Shown here piece by piece: positions 1 to 13,172 of a stretch of 64,000 nucleotides of DNA. The stretch spans positions 99,138,001 to 99,202,000 of the forward strand of contig OX597823.1 in NCBI GenBank assembly GCA_951406725.2. The letters run 5' to 3'. The notes beneath the pieces were generated by a model. The model was given only the letters and a program-made list of their open reading frames with translations. It had not been told where the DNA came from and made no database searches. The position numbers were made by a program, and so were the translations under genes. This DNA is from Octopus vulgaris (lineage: Eukaryota). Position 1 is the first letter of the stretch, and every line of letters begins with the position of its first letter.

Positions 1-79
1 ATTACAAGATAAACAATTACAAAATTTATTGCATTTATTATGGATGCTTTGGAGATGGTAAATTTAAAAAGTTTAACTA

Positions 80-250
80 TAGGCACACACATGGCTGTGC
101 TGAGTTTGCACCCAAACCTCATGGTTTCAAGATCAATTTCACTGCATGGTATCTTTGGCAAGTGTCTTCTACTACAACCTTGGATCTATCAAAAGCTTGT
201 GAGTGGGTTTGGTAGATGGAAACTGAAAGCAGCCCATTGCGTTGTATGTA
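80..250 (+). mobile_element. degenerate tRNA-derived CORE-type SINE (family 1)
   Basis: TGGCTGTG..CATGGTTTC..CTTTGGCAAGTGTCTTCTACT..GCTTGTGAGTGG..TTGGTAGATGGAAACTGAAAG matches the cleaner copy at 39318-39712. Confidence 0.7.
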
Positions 251-285
251 TGAAAGTGGCAGTGTTACTGTCTCCATGCCGATCA

Positions 286-1025
286 CATCATCATCGATTA
301 ACACCCATTTTCCATGCTGGCATGGGTTGGACGTTTTGACTGTGGTTTGGAGAGCCAGTGGCTGCACCAGGCTCCAATCTGATCTGGCAAAGTTTCTACA
401 GCTGGATGCCCTTCCTAATGCCAACCACTTCAAGGGTGTAGTGGATGCTTTTAACATGCCACCGGCACAGGAACCATTCAAGGGGTACTGGCATTTGTCA
501 CGATTGGTTGGTGCTTTTTATGTGCCACCAGCACAGGAGCCAGTTGGGCGGACCTGGCATCGACCACATTTGGATAGTGCTTTTTACATGCCACAGGCAC
601 GGGAGCCAGTCAGGCTAACTTGGCATCAACCACGTTCAGATGGTGCATTTTACATGCCACCAGAATGGGAGCCAGTCAGGGGGTCTGACTCAACAGGTCT
701 TCTGAAGCACATCATATTACCAGGGATATTCTTAACAGGACCAGACATGCATGGCTGTAATCTCATTTCAGTTTCCAGGACTTCTCAATCACAGCATATC
801 TCCAAGAGTCCCGGTCACTTGTCATTGCCTCTGTGAGGCCCAATGTTCGATGGTCATGCATCACCACCGCATCCCATGTCTTCTTGGGTCTACCTCTTCC
901 ACAGGTTCCTTCTACAGTTAGGGAGTGGCTCTTCCTCAAACAGTTGTCTTCGTTCATACATAACACATGGCTATAACAGCGCAGTCACCTCTCTTGCACA
1001 CCACATTTGATGTTTCTTATGTTCA
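286..1025 (-). mobile_element. 5'-truncated RTE-clade LINE (ORF C-terminus + 3' UTR + (GAT)n tail)
   Basis: ORF 763..966 VEGTCGRGRPKKTW..DRDSWR is an RTE ORF C-terminus; CTACAGCTGGATGCCCTTCCTAA 3' UTR and (CAT)n shared with 46439-47970. Confidence 0.8.
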
Positions 1026-2394
1026 AGCATTTTTCTTAGCAGAATCATTAAACACAAGGGCACCATCATCCATGTGGACACATTTCTCTCCTATGACATC
1101 ACAGTTTTCTCTCACACATTGTCTTGCAATCCGAAATACTTCAGTACTCTGGTCCTCATGTCGCTGAACATTGGCAAACTTCTTTGTCCGGAACCGGACA
1201 AAGAAGGCAGCATTTTTGCCCTAAGCTTCAAAGGGAAATAGTAGTGAGTTACCATTGCAATAAGAAATAAGAGATACAGACAGGAAAGAAAGAAATTACT
1301 TTAGTGAATGTTACAGAATACACATGAGGTCAAAAAACAAAGGAAAGGATTGTTATTTTAGAGGGGGAGATCACAAATTTGAAAGTTATTTGATGAGTTG
1401 AGGTTTACAGTTTAAGAAAGGTCATTTTAAGTGTTATTTTAGAGAAAAGTACAGACATGTAGCCAAGAAACAAAGTTAGTCATTGTAGGATTAGAACAAA
1501 CAAGAAAGAATTATTTTAGAGAATAGATGAGGTTGAATGAATGAGGCAATTGAAAAACAAGAGAGTTTCTTAGCTAAGCTGTGCATCTTTTCAAGAGTCA
1601 TCACTGCCAAACGCATGGAACAGACAAAACCAAACTAACAGAGTGCCATTGTCATGCAGGAGTGTCCTTCATTTCCAATTTTCCATAACATATATCTGGC
1701 CATGGGGAAATATCACCTTACTTAGAAACAGGTGAGGGTTGGCAACAAAGAAGGGCATCAGGTCGTGGAAAGTCTGCCTGAACAAATTCCAGCCAACCAA
1801 TGAGAAGCATGGACACAAGACAATGATGGCAATGGGAGCTAATGGGATTCAGAATTTTCAGTTAAAACCATTTGCCCATTTTACATGTTTTCCCATGACT
1901 GCATAGGTTAGATAATTACATGATTTGAGGAATTATTTTATAGTCAAAAGCCCTTCCTGACACTACCCCTTATCTGTTTTCCAAGTAAGGAATCACTTAT
2001 CCCACATAGCTTCAAAAGATATCAAAGTGCCCAGATGGTTCAACAGAACCAACTGGCAACACACCACCACCACCCACAGCATTTTCAGACAACCAGTTGC
2101 AAATGTATACAAACACATAAATAAAATGGTCTTCTTTCAGTTTTAGTCTACCAAATCCACAAGGATTTTGTCAACCCAGAGATATAGAAAACACTTTGCC
2201 CAAAGTGCCGCACAATGAGACTGAACCAGATATGAATTTCTCGACCAACAACCAGACCTGCACATATATAAATTGATAAGTTTGAACTTCTAAATGAAGT
2301 ATCACTGACATTATAGATACCTATAATTTTCCAATAATTTTGATACTTATGCAACAAGTTTGATTTCAAGAAGTTTATCCAGGTGCATCATTAA

Positions 2395-2595
2395 CCCTTT
2401 AGCATCCAAATTACAATCAATGTAATGCTTTTGAATTAACCATTCATTATTTTTTAGATTTGAGACTTTGATGAGGTAATACTTAATTTTTAGAATAGGA
2501 TTATAAGTTTAGTGTGAGAGACCAGGTAAGGCCAGTTTGGACATAAAACAGGTAGAATATTTTGGCTGGACATGGTCAGCTTAAATGCTAAAAGG
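2395..2595. mobile_element. ~200-bp piggyBac-like MITE
   Basis: TTAA|CCCTTTAGCAT ... ATGCTAAAAGG|TTGA termini; related copies at ~27638-27825 and ~56013-56210. Confidence 0.6.
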
Positions 2596-2633
2596 TTGAA
2601 GGAAAATGTTACTGATAAAGAATTACAACTTAC

Positions 2634-2734
2634 CATTCCTTGGCATGAATTTCAGTTTGTACAAGAGTTCAACAACAGGAATCAGAAAAGCTAATGTTTT
2701 GCCACTTCCAGTTTTAGCAGCTCCCATCAAATCT
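2634..2734 (-). CDS. DDX18: DDX18 coding exon 6 (motif I / Walker A); gene continues beyond the left window edge
   Basis: CTAG acceptor, GTAAGT donor; reads (R)[34 protein letters not shown], the DDX18/HAS1 signature; phase matches previous exon. Confidence 0.95.
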
Positions 2735-4370
2735 CTAGTTAGATAGAAAAATTAAAGGAAATTAATCAGAAATATTTCAATCACACGTTTTTTTTTTAAA
2801 GCATTTAATTATCAATAAATGAAGTTAACCATCATTGTCATTATTTAATGTCCATTTTTCATGCTAGAATGAGTTGAACAGAGTTTAACAGCGGCTGGTA
2901 AGACCAGGGGCTGCACCAGGTCCTATAGTCAGTTTTGACTTGGTTTCTACAGCTGGATGCCCTTCCTAAATTAAACCAGTCCAGAGTGTACTGGGTGCTT
3001 TTTATGTGGTACCATCAATGTTTCTTACATGGCACCAGCACCCACACCAATGCTTTTTATGTTGCACCTTGGTTTTAGGATCTCAATTCTGTTGTGATGG
3101 GTGAATCTTCTCAAGTACATCAATGCAACAACGTTTTTGAGATCGACCTCCAATACTTTTGTCTTATTTTTTTCCTGGGTCTCCCTCTTCCACAACTTCC
3201 CTCCACTTTAAGTTATCAGCACCTCTCTATGCAACTGTCCTCATCCACCTGCATAACCTGACACCCTGATTACCTTTAGCAGAGTCGACTGTTACAAGCA
3301 TTTGAGCCAGAACTCTGGTTTGAGGGTGCCTTCCTCCATCCCATCCACCAATCTATGAGGCCCTGTACAGAGTACTGCATGCTCTCCAGGCCATAAGAAA
3401 AAACAAACCTCAAAAGACAGTCTACCCTCATTCAATTTTTATTCAGATATTTTCCACCACTATCTGATCCTTAAGCAACATAAATAGAAATACTTATTAT
3501 TCCTCTATCTTCACAAGCAAATATTTTACAGAAAGAAAATCATACATAATTCTGATAAATTTTACGAACAAGTAAGATGAAATGAACTGACTACAATTCA
3601 AATGTCTTAGTTTCTAAATAATTGTTCATGTGAAACTGAGTTGGAGGATAAATAGGTGCATGAGAGTCTCTCCAGGCCAACCTACTTCCACACATTGAGA
3701 GACACAACTCTGGTATTACAGACATGATTAGGATGTAGCAGGGAAGAATACAGAGTCTTAGTTGGTCATACCTAGGAATCCAGCAGGAAAGCCTAATAAC
3801 GGCTGCTTCTAACAGAACCCTATTGAGGAGGTGCCTGAATAGTTTAATACAATCCTCCCAGGAATAGAGGGCAAAGAAGATGGCTGGATAGGTAGCATTA
3901 CTAAGTGTTAATACTTACAAGGAAGATGACAAATACTTATCTAAATTCTAAAAAATTGTAAATTTAACCTAACACAAAGTGTAAATTTCAACTGATTTTA
4001 TCATCATCTTAGATTACCAAATTATTCGTAACAGGTTGCATCTTGATCCTTCACCAGTAGCTACATTTAAAGAAATGCCCAAGACTACTTGAAACTGACT
4101 TGCTTTTTGAGTGATTCTTTAATTTAATTAAAAGTAACATCATCCTCATTGTTTCAATGTCTACTTTCCCATGCTTGCAGAGGTCAGATGAATTTGTTGA
4201 GGCAGATTTTTCTATTTCTGTCATCAACCCACACCTGTTTCCAGCTATGTTAATATTTCTCTACGGCTCAACATGTTTTCACGGAAGACTGGATAAGAAG
4301 AGCACTTGCATGACAGTGGCACTCATTTAAAACACTCATGTGATGTCATAACAAGGAGACACCAACTCAT

Positions 4371-4404
<34 letters not shown>

Positions 4405-4672
4405 GAAATAGATTTCTTTCAGCTTCTATCAATTAAATCCATTCACAAAGCTTTGGTTTTCCCAGGGCTGTTGTAGAAGGCATTCGCCCAAGGGATCACA
4501 TGGTGAGACTAAACTCAAAACCAGGTGGTTGAGAAAAACCACAATTAAGTCTGCTCCTATAACTTACAAAAATAAAATCCCCATTACTTAAATAAAATAT
4601 AATATAGCCAGTAAATTTCAAAAGATAAATCTCTCAGATTCCCCAGTTATGCTACAATTTTAGAAATACATC

Positions 4673-4738
<66 letters not shown>

Positions 4739-4799
4739 TTTATTTAAAAGCAGCAGAAATATAACAAAAGCTGTTACTTGGAGTTTCAACATTATATAT

Positions 4800-4849
<50 letters not shown>

Positions 4850-4952
4850 CTTTAAATAATCTCTGGATGAAAACAAGGCACACACACTTAATACTGATAT
4901 TGTTTAATTATGTCTTCATTTTAAAAGACATGTAAAACGTAATAATACTCAC

Positions 4953-5112
4953 CTTCCTTCAAGTAAGTAAGGAATACTTTTAGCCTGAATTTCTGTCATG
5001 TGTGTAAAACCCATTTTTTTAATAGCATCCATTGTTGGTGAAGAAACATATTTGGATAATACATCAAAAGAGTTATCAGAAAGAATCTCCGATGCCATCT
5101 GACTGCCGGGTA
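4953..5112 (-). CDS. DDX18: DDX18 coding exon 5 (Q motif)
   Basis: TAG acceptor, GTGAGT donor; LPGSQMASEILSDNSFDVL..MGFTHMTEIQAKSIPYLLEG(R), the DEAD-box Q motif; 160 nt, phase 1 to 2. Confidence 0.93.
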
Positions 5113-5547
5113 CTATAGGAACAGAGGAAAATATAAAGTGTGATGAAATTATTTTCAAAATAGGTAATCTGATGATGAATGACCTTAAAGAATTCATTGC
5201 TTTGCCTTTTTTTTTTTTTATTTGTTTAGTAGTTTGAAAAGGAAGTGTTGCACAAGCCTATCTTGACTTGACGATTCCAAGTACATAGTCAACTTTGATA
5301 AAGGCAGTCATACACAAGTGAAACCAAAGAAAGTGTCTGAAAATGTGTGTGTGTGTGTGTGTATATAGATAGATAGATAAAACTTACTTGGAAAAGGATG
5401 CGTGGTGTTCGATCATATAATATAAATATATGCATATATACATACATGTATGTACATACCTACATATATATGTATATATACATGCATATATGGGTACAGG
5501 ACATCAAAAAACGTTGAACACAATGGGGGTGGGACAAACACATATAT

Positions 5548-5706
5548 GATGGGCTTCTTTTAGTTTCCGTCTACCAAATCCACTCACAAGGCTTTGGTCA
5601 GTCCAAGACTATAGTTGAAGACACATGCCCAAGGTGCCACGCAGTGGGACTGAACCTGGAACCATGTGGTTCATAAGCAAACTACTTACCACACAGCCAC
5701 TCCTAC
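5548..5706 (-). mobile_element. tRNA-derived CORE-type SINE (family 1)
   Basis: reverse complement of the head/core of 39318-39480. Confidence 0.75.
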
Positions 5707-5940
5707 CTGATAAATATTTAAATGAAAAGGAACTCTTTGCCAAAGAACAATCTGTGTATAAATGGTGACATCACTGAGTTGGTTATAGTAGCAAACCAAG
5801 ATCTTCAAAAACCCAAAGAAATTTCCAAACTACCATTACAAACCAAATTAACAATTGTTTAGATGCAAATCAATTCTGATCAAAGACATTCTAGCCATAA
5901 TCATTACATTGGATGGAGCAGGCATCTGGAACTTCTTTAA

Positions 5941-7184
5941 CCCTTTTGTTACTATATTTCTGACCAAAATACACCCCTCATGAGTTTCAATTAAATTCTA
6001 AAATAATCATGAATTTAGGCTTGTTTCATTAAATAACTAACTTTTTTACATATCAAGATATTAATGTGATATTTGGAACATAATTAAAGAACGGGTTCTT
6101 AATCAATTCTATTGCATAACTTTTGTCTCAAAGTGACTTTAATTACAGGTAAATTGAGCAAAAGGTAAAAATATTAAAATTTTGTTTAAACATCACCATA
6201 GAAAATGAATCATCAGCTAATATTCAATTGGGTATGCAACAAAATTTTGATAAAGAAGAATTGTGCACATCACTAGATCATCAGTTGAATTTAATGCACA
6301 ACTGAACAGGTGTACCATAAAGGTGGAATAAACTGAAATACTGGAATCCACCTAAAATCTACCGCAAGTTTGACCAAACTAAAGAAATCGGTCAAAAAAT
6401 AATATACGGCCCTGGTTATGGTATGGAAGTGATAACTTCCAGACCACATTGTACCCTAGGCCATGCTAACTAATACTATTTTCCCAGTATAAAAACTAAA
6501 TCCACAACAGTACCCAGTATTCGCTTCACAAATTTTCCAAACTTTGATCCCCCATTTTGTGTTTGTTTACAATCTACGTAAATTTGTTTCCGAAGTGATC
6601 ACTTCAAACAAGCATACTGAAAAAAATAAAAGTCTAATGGTTTCGCTTCCTAAGAAAGACTATAGATAAACTCTATCTCCTCAGAAAAATTGCTAATAAA
6701 AACATTTTTAAAGTTTTTACTTCATTCCGATGTAAAATTGTCTTTGCTGTCGCTATCGCCGCTTTGTTTCTTCGGAATCGCTGCTTTTCGGTTCGAATAC
6801 CGAAATATCCTATTCATTCTCGTACACCATGTACTTTTGCACCGCATTCATTCTTTTTCTCGATATCTCCCTATTTTCCATTGAAAAAGCTCTAAATTCG
6901 GAATCAATGCTTGATAACATGAAACTCCTATCCATTTTCAAAGTTGAAGAAAAATCGATGCCGAAAAAAATCTCCCAAAATTCACTGAGTTAAGATATCA
7001 GGTCAAGCAATGTCGGATACTATAACCCAACTATTTACAAAGTGAAATCATGTGTTTTAACGAGTGTACCAACGAGATTTGGGTTCAAATTTACATTTAA
7101 ATAACAATAGGTTCTCTCAGCCGGGTTGGTATTATGAACCAAAAACTTTTTCGGCCGGTTACAGCTGGGTTAGTAACGAAAGGG
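5941..7184 (-). mobile_element. piggyBac deletion derivative
   Basis: TTAA target duplication (5937-5940, 7185-7188); TIR CCCTTTTGTTACT/AGTAACGAAAGGG; decayed transposase N-terminus at ~6570-6760 resembles 14330-14530 in reverse. Confidence 0.85.
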
Positions 7185-7723
7185 TTAATTATCCTTTCAA
7201 CTGTTTTTAAGACTGTAAGACATGATTAGGTTGCTATTTCTGACAACTTGCGCAGCCATGTACAGACTCATCAAACAGGGAATTTTTCCCTTATCATCAT
7301 CATTTTAAAGTCCACCTTTCTCTACCAGAACTTGGATAAGTCTAACAAAGTTTATTGGGGTAGATTTTCTATGTTGGATGCCACCCCTTACTTGTTTCCA
7401 AGCAAATATTTCCTCGTGATCAGATGCATTTTAACAGAATACTGGAAAGGACATTCATTTGCAACAATTACCGGATGTCAAGACAAACACACGCACACAA
7501 ACACGATGTGCTTCTTGGTCTTTACATATAAATATAAATCTATTTCAAACAATTCATTGCTTATAACTTGTCTTTTGTTTCCCTGTATATTATTTAGTTG
7601 CTGTCTACAAGATGCCATTTTAATAAGATGTTCAAGTGACGGAAAACACCGATATCACACTCAGAAGAATTTATTAGGAAAGTTTTTAAGAGGGTGTGTA
7701 GAGAAAGAGTAAAAAAAACTTAC

Positions 7724-7921
7724 AAAAACTGTCATGTTGGTCTTCAGGTTCTTCTTCAGTATCAAGATCTTCAATGTCCTTTAAACTCCCTTTGGAGTAA
7801 AGCTGTTTCCCAGAATCTGATGCATTTGGAGAATTTTCGACAGTATCAGCATCAGTCTCAATTTCAGATATAGGTTCTGCTTCTTTTGAATTGGAAATCT
7901 TACTCGGTTCTTCATTTAAAG
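7724..7921 (-). CDS. DDX18: DDX18 coding exon 4 (acidic N-terminal extension)
   Basis: AAG acceptor, GTAAGT donor; 198 nt phase 1-1; ALNEEPSK..DTEEEPEDQHDSF open and in phase with flanking exons. Confidence 0.8.
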
Positions 7922-8190
7922 CTTGAAATATGAAAAACAAGTAAACATTACATTTAATACTTCTGAGGAGACATCTGTACAAGCAGGACCCCCCACACAC
8001 ACACACAAAAAAAAACTACCATCAAACAATTCCTTATATGAAAATAAGGGTTTTCACAGGACAAGAATCAAATTGTAAAATCCTGCCTCAAATAGTTCTA
8101 TATGGAAAAACAAATCTTAAACAAACAACTGAAACTAATTAAGAATATTACAATGAAGTAATTGGTTTCCATTTATTCAAAAGTGCTCAC

Positions 8191-8235
8191 CTTGTTTTTC
8201 CTTCTTTTTCAGTTTCTTCTTCCTTTTCATTGCTT
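8191..8235 (-). CDS. DDX18: DDX18 coding exon 3 (45-nt Lys-rich)
   Basis: TTTTCAG acceptor, GTGAGC donor; EAMKRKKKLKKKEKQ; phase 1-1. Confidence 0.75.
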
Positions 8236-9649
8236 CTGAAAAGAATGTGTATTCACTTTAATAAAAGAACTTCTAATAAGATAAATGTTTTATCCTTCCC
8301 TTGTTTCACTCATTGGACTGTGGCCATGCTGGAGCACCACCTTGAAGGGTTTAGGTGAACAAATCAACCACAATACTTGTGTTTTAAGTCTGGTACTTAT
8401 TCTATCATTGAGTTTTTGGAAAGATTTTTTTTTTGTGGAATTCTGCTTCAAGCACACTACATAACCCCTCATGACATTTTTTAAATATTTTTTGAATTTC
8501 CAGAAAATTTTTGCATATTTGTGTTCTACACACAAGAATTCGTATTCTATGAAAAAAATCTCTTTTTTTAATCTTTTGAATTTAAAAAATAAGTATGCGT
8601 TTGGAACTTAAAAAAATTTTTTTTTTAAATCAGAGTTTTAAAAAAGGACAGTCTGAATATTTTGCGTATTGTGTTTATCGGGAGAAAGATATTGAAAACC
8701 ATCAATATGTCAGAGTGACAAAGAAGCAGGGAGGGTATCAGGAGGTTGTGAGATGTGCCAAAAATAATAGTTGAGTAGTCCTTAAATCACACACAAAAAT
8801 GTTTTTGGTTTTTGCATAATCAAGGTAGACGTTAAACGATGATGACAATAATAATATGGTTTCCTATGTGTACAATTTTCTTAAAATTCCTAAAACTAGG
8901 AAAGTTATGAGGGTTTATATGGAGTGTTTAAAGTTCAAATTCTGTCAGCACCTCCTGATGCAAACGTCTTCTTCATTCAAACACATTACATGGCCATAGC
9001 AGCAGTCTTCTCCCTTGCACACTACATCTGATGCTATACACCCAATTTTTCTATCAAATCATTTACAATCTATTGTAAACGAACACTGACATTACCCATC
9101 CAGCAAAGCATACTACCTTCATTTCTTTCAAGTCTTTGCATATCCTCAGTAGACAGCCTATGTTTCACTACCATTAAGCATAGCTGTTCATACACAGGCA
9201 TCATAAATCTGTTTGTAAAAAACAATGACTACTTACTGGAATTTATTTCAACACAAGGCTCCATCTTATTAACAACTCCATTTTCAAGTTTTTTCTTTTT
9301 CTTTTGAACTTCATCCTCAAAATCTAGAACATTGCAAAGGTTTATTTTAATTAATTACGTTGCTAAACAAAAATCGTTTTTTTTTTACATATTTTTTTAA
9401 TGGTTTGATCAGAGAGAGGAAGGATTGAAGGAGGACACTTATTTTTTGCAGGGCCTCCAAGAGTAACAGAAGGAAAGGAACCAAAATTTATGAGTTACTG
9501 CAAGAATCACTGCACCAGGATACTGAGTTATATCCAGGCAATGGCATGACCTTTAGTAAAAGAATCCAACGGTCAGATGATGTTAAAACCAGGCTCTACA
9601 CATGTCTAACATCCAAGAACTAACATAGTCTGCCTAACCACTCAATTTT

Positions 9650-10290
9650 ATTCACAAGGATTGAGCTGACCTGAAAATTTTATACAATATATCTATTGTG
9701 TCATTAAAGTTTATGTTCAAAGGTTTTCTTGGGAGTACATAATTGTTGTGACGCTCATGTTCTGCTGCCACCAATTTTCTTAAGATTAAGTGCATTTTCA
9801 TCTTGTCATCCCAATCTTTACATTCTTTATCAAAGATTTGCTTGTATCTTCTGTAGTATACCTTGAAGGTAACTCCTTCATCTGGTTCATATTTGAACTC
9901 TATTAAGGAGCTTGCAACATAGTCTGGCGAGAACATTCTTTTCTAAATTTCCTGATAACTTCACTAATTGTAGCATTTGTTGTTGTTGTTGCTTCTGTGG
10001 TTGTCCTTGCAGTTGAATCTGCTGCTTTTGTTTTTGCAACTCAAGCAAACCAGCCAACAAATTTTCCATAATTCTTACGATTTCATTTTCCCCATAAAAT
10101 TCGCACAAAAACTTTGTTAGTTTGTTAACTCTGCCTGAGTTGTTAAAATCCTCGAGTTTATTAGTAAAACCAGTAGACATGACTATTTCTGATTGCCTGC
10201 TACTTCTCTTTTGTGACAGTGACTAGATTATTCCATTCATCATGTGGGAGGGGGGTGTACCATTATTCCTAATTCCCTACAACAGGAAAC
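9650..10290 (-). mobile_element. Gypsy/K02A2.6-like LTR-retrotransposon gag relic
   Basis: frameshifted ORFs 9887..10180 (poly-Q) and 9652..9936 EFKYEPDEGVTF..YYRRY..WDDKMK..LRKL..NYVLP..F.DTI..L..IF resemble the N-terminal domain of K02A2.6-like polyproteins; LTRs not delimited. Confidence 0.6.
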
Positions 10291-10763
10291 AAAATAGCAA
10301 ATATAGCTACAATTGTATTATCACAAGTGAAAAAATGAGAAATTTTACATTGACTTTTGCACCATCCATCTGGAAATCAAAGATGTTGCTGAACCACCTG
10401 CTTCTGTATACTTAATCACTCCCTTTACCAAACATTTTAATGAAGGTAAATTCCCAAATTGCACCACATTCCACATGAAAACAGCTAACTTTCATATTAG
10501 CATAGTTCAAATTGTCTATGGTATAATCCTTTTATCAAATATAATAGTGCTTACAGAAACATCATTTCAAACTATACCTTTCAAGTTAAAGATCATTCCA
10601 ATCACATACAAGAAATTTCAATTCTTGGAAATGGCAGGATATTCATATTTTTAGTGGTTTCTTTATTTTTTGCTAAACGATAAACAAAACCTGTAACCTT
10701 TTAAACAGCAAAAGTCTTTATAATAATAAAAATTAAATAACAACAGAATTATTTGTAACTAAC

Positions 10764-10808
10764 CATTTGTTTTAATCTGTTGCTTCCTCTTCTTATTCAA
10801 CTTCTTTT
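10764..10808 (-). CDS. DDX18: DDX18 coding exon 2 (45-nt Lys-rich)
   Basis: polypyrimidine+CTAG acceptor, GTTAGT donor; KKKLNKKRKQQIKTN; phase 1-1. Confidence 0.75.
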
Positions 10809-11358
10809 CTAGAAAGAAAAAAGAAAAGATAATTAACTGAGACTGAATATACAACACACATCTTCAAGACTGTAGAAAGAGTAGCGGTGTTAACCAACAT
10901 TCCATGTCAGAAAATTTACTCCGAGAAAGAAAACCTCTTGGAAAGCATGTGAGGGCAACAAAAAAGGTGCATCTTACTTTAGAAACAAAGCCATGACAAT
11001 ATGTATTCCTCCAACCCATGCTAGCTGGGTTAGAAAAACAGATTTTAAATGAATGAATGTTCTCACTCATCAGTCATCATCATTTAACATCTGTTTCCCA
11101 TGCATGGTCTGGATAGCTTGACAGAAACTGGTGAGACCAAGGACTGCACAAGGTGCCATAGTCAACTTTGACTTGGTTTCTACAGCTGGATGCCCTTCCT
11201 AATATGAACCACTTTACAGAGTGTATTGAGTGCTTTTTACAGGGCCCCATCACTAATGCTTTTCACATGTCACCGTACCAGTGTTTTTTAACAAAAACAC
11301 CAACACTTGTGGACCTCACAGTTAAGATGAAAGCATGGACAATGTGCTGAGAAGCCTG

Positions 11359-12410
11359 TCATCGTCATCCGTTTTCCATGCTGGCATGGGTTGGATGGTT
11401 TGACTGAGGTCAGCAGAGCCAGCAGCTGCACCAGGCTCCAATCTGATTTGGCAATGCTTCTACAGCTGGATGCCCTTCCTTGGCCACGTTTGGATGGTGG
11501 CTTTTATGTGCCAACAGCACAAAAGCCAGTCAGGGGACACTGGCATCAACCACATTCAGATGATGTATTTTATGTGTCACCGGAACGGGAGCCAGTCGGG
11601 GAGCACTATCCACAGCTGCGATTTTGGTTTTGACTCAACAGGTCTTCTCAAGTATATTATATCACCCAATGCATCAAGGGTACTCTTAAATGGGACGGAC
11701 ATGCAACACTGGCATCGGCCATGGCTGCAATCTCACTTTAGTTGTCAGGTGTTCTCAATCACAGCATATCTCCAAAGGTCTCAGTCCCTGTCATTGCCCC
11801 TGTGAGGCCCAATGTTCAATGGTCATGATTCACCATCTCATCTCATTTCTTCCTGGGTCGACCTCTTTCACAGTTAGGGAGTGGCACTTCCGCACACAGC
11901 CGTCCTCTTCCATACGTAACACACGACCATACCAGCGCAGTCATCTCTCTTGCACACCACATTTGATGTCCAACTTTCCTCTCGGGGTGCTTACACTCTG
12001 TCATTACACATCCAGCAAATCATACTAGCTCCATTTCTTTCAAGCCTACGCATGTCCTCTCAGCCTATGTTTCACTGCCATGTAGCAAGGCAGTTTGCAC
12101 ACATGCATCATACAGTCTACCTTTCATCCTGAGTGAGAAGCCCATAGTTGCCAGAAGAGGTAGGAGCGCCTTGAACTTAGCCCAGGCTATTCTTATTCTA
12201 GCCACTACACTCTCAGAGGAACCACCCCAACAACAGACATGGTTGCCTAGGGAGTAGAAGCTACTACTATCTTATCCCCGGCATGTGATGGAATCTGCTT
12301 TCTATACAACTTCAGTGTTAACTGCCCGTGCATCAGCCTCACACAAAAATTATCTTCCTGGTTAACCTTCCTTCGATATTACTGCATCTTTGGACCCTGC
12401 CAAAGGCTTT
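11359..12410 (-). mobile_element. 5'-truncated degenerate RTE LINE
   Basis: same 3' UTR and RT C-terminal sequence (GCCCAGGCTATTCTTATTCTAGC = ARIRIAWA) as 46439-47970. Confidence 0.8.
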
Positions 12411-12678
12411 CTCCAAAGGCAAGTGACAAACTGGCAGAGTTGTTAGAGAATGCTTCACAGTATTAGTTCTGGAGCTTTCAAATTTTGCCATACAGATCCA
12501 AGGTAATATTTGGCTTGCTCTTCCATTGAAAGACATTGGTTATATGGGAAAATGCAACTTGCATGCATAGGCAGCTACACAAAAAGAACCTTGCCCAAGC
12601 CTACATATACAGGTGCAGATATAGTCAACACTAACTGATAGACGTCCTAAATATATAACGGAAATTATTATTACTTAC

Positions 12679-12703
12679 TTTTCTTTGTAACTTGATCTTC
12701 CAT
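12679..12703 (-). CDS. DDX18: DDX18 first coding exon (exon spans 12717..12679, ATG at 12703)
   Basis: TTTTCAG acceptor at 12718, ATG GAA GAT CAA GTT ACA AAG AAA A then GTAAGT; phase 1 joins exon 10808. Confidence 0.7.
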
Positions 12704-12828
12704 AATTAGTAATATATCTGAAAATATGAAAAGAGAACAGGCGTGTTATTAAGGTTACGTGAAGTTTACCAATTAACATACCAATAATTAGAGTTTTATT
12801 TAAGTCTTAAAAATGGCATACCACACTT

Positions 12829-13172
12829 CATCATCATCATTGTTTAACGTCCATTTTCCATGCTAGCATGGGTTGGACGGTTCGACCGGGGTCTGGGGAG
12901 CCAGGAGGCTTGACCAGGCTCCAGTCTGATCTAGCAGTGTTTCTACAGCTGGATGCCCTTCCTAACGCCAACCACTCTGTATGTAGTGGGTGCTTTTTAT
13001 GTGCCACGGGCACAGGAGGCTGGCACATGGCCACAATCGGTTGTTGCTTTTACGCGTCACCGACACAGACATCAGTCAGGCGGCGCTGGCGTCTTCCACG
13101 TTCGGACGGTGCTTTTTACGTGTCACCAGCATGGGTATCTTAACTACAATTTCCATTTGATTTTTATTTTGA
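12829..13172 (-). mobile_element. RTE LINE 3' tail fragment
   Basis: (CAT)n-TGTTTAACGTCC..GCTAGCATGGGTTGGAC..CAGCTGGATGCCCTTCCTAACGCCAACC. Confidence 0.75.

Noticed and set aside
216-836. 206-aa ORF and recurring FLQLDALPNANH ORFs as a gene family
   Set aside because: Antisense read-through of the LINE 3' UTR; no stable start or length
1-2633. further DDX18 exons (PTRELA, DEAD motifs)
   Set aside because: Not found by eye; presumably beyond the left edge of the window
4652-4885. YIYI/THTH ORFs here and at 32764, 34468, 38150, 40159, 44095
   Set aside because: Translations of (TA)n/(CA)n microsatellites
8446-8933. possible TIR element (CTTCAAGCACAC.../...GAGTGTTTAAAG)
   Set aside because: Termini too degenerate and no coding remnant to classify
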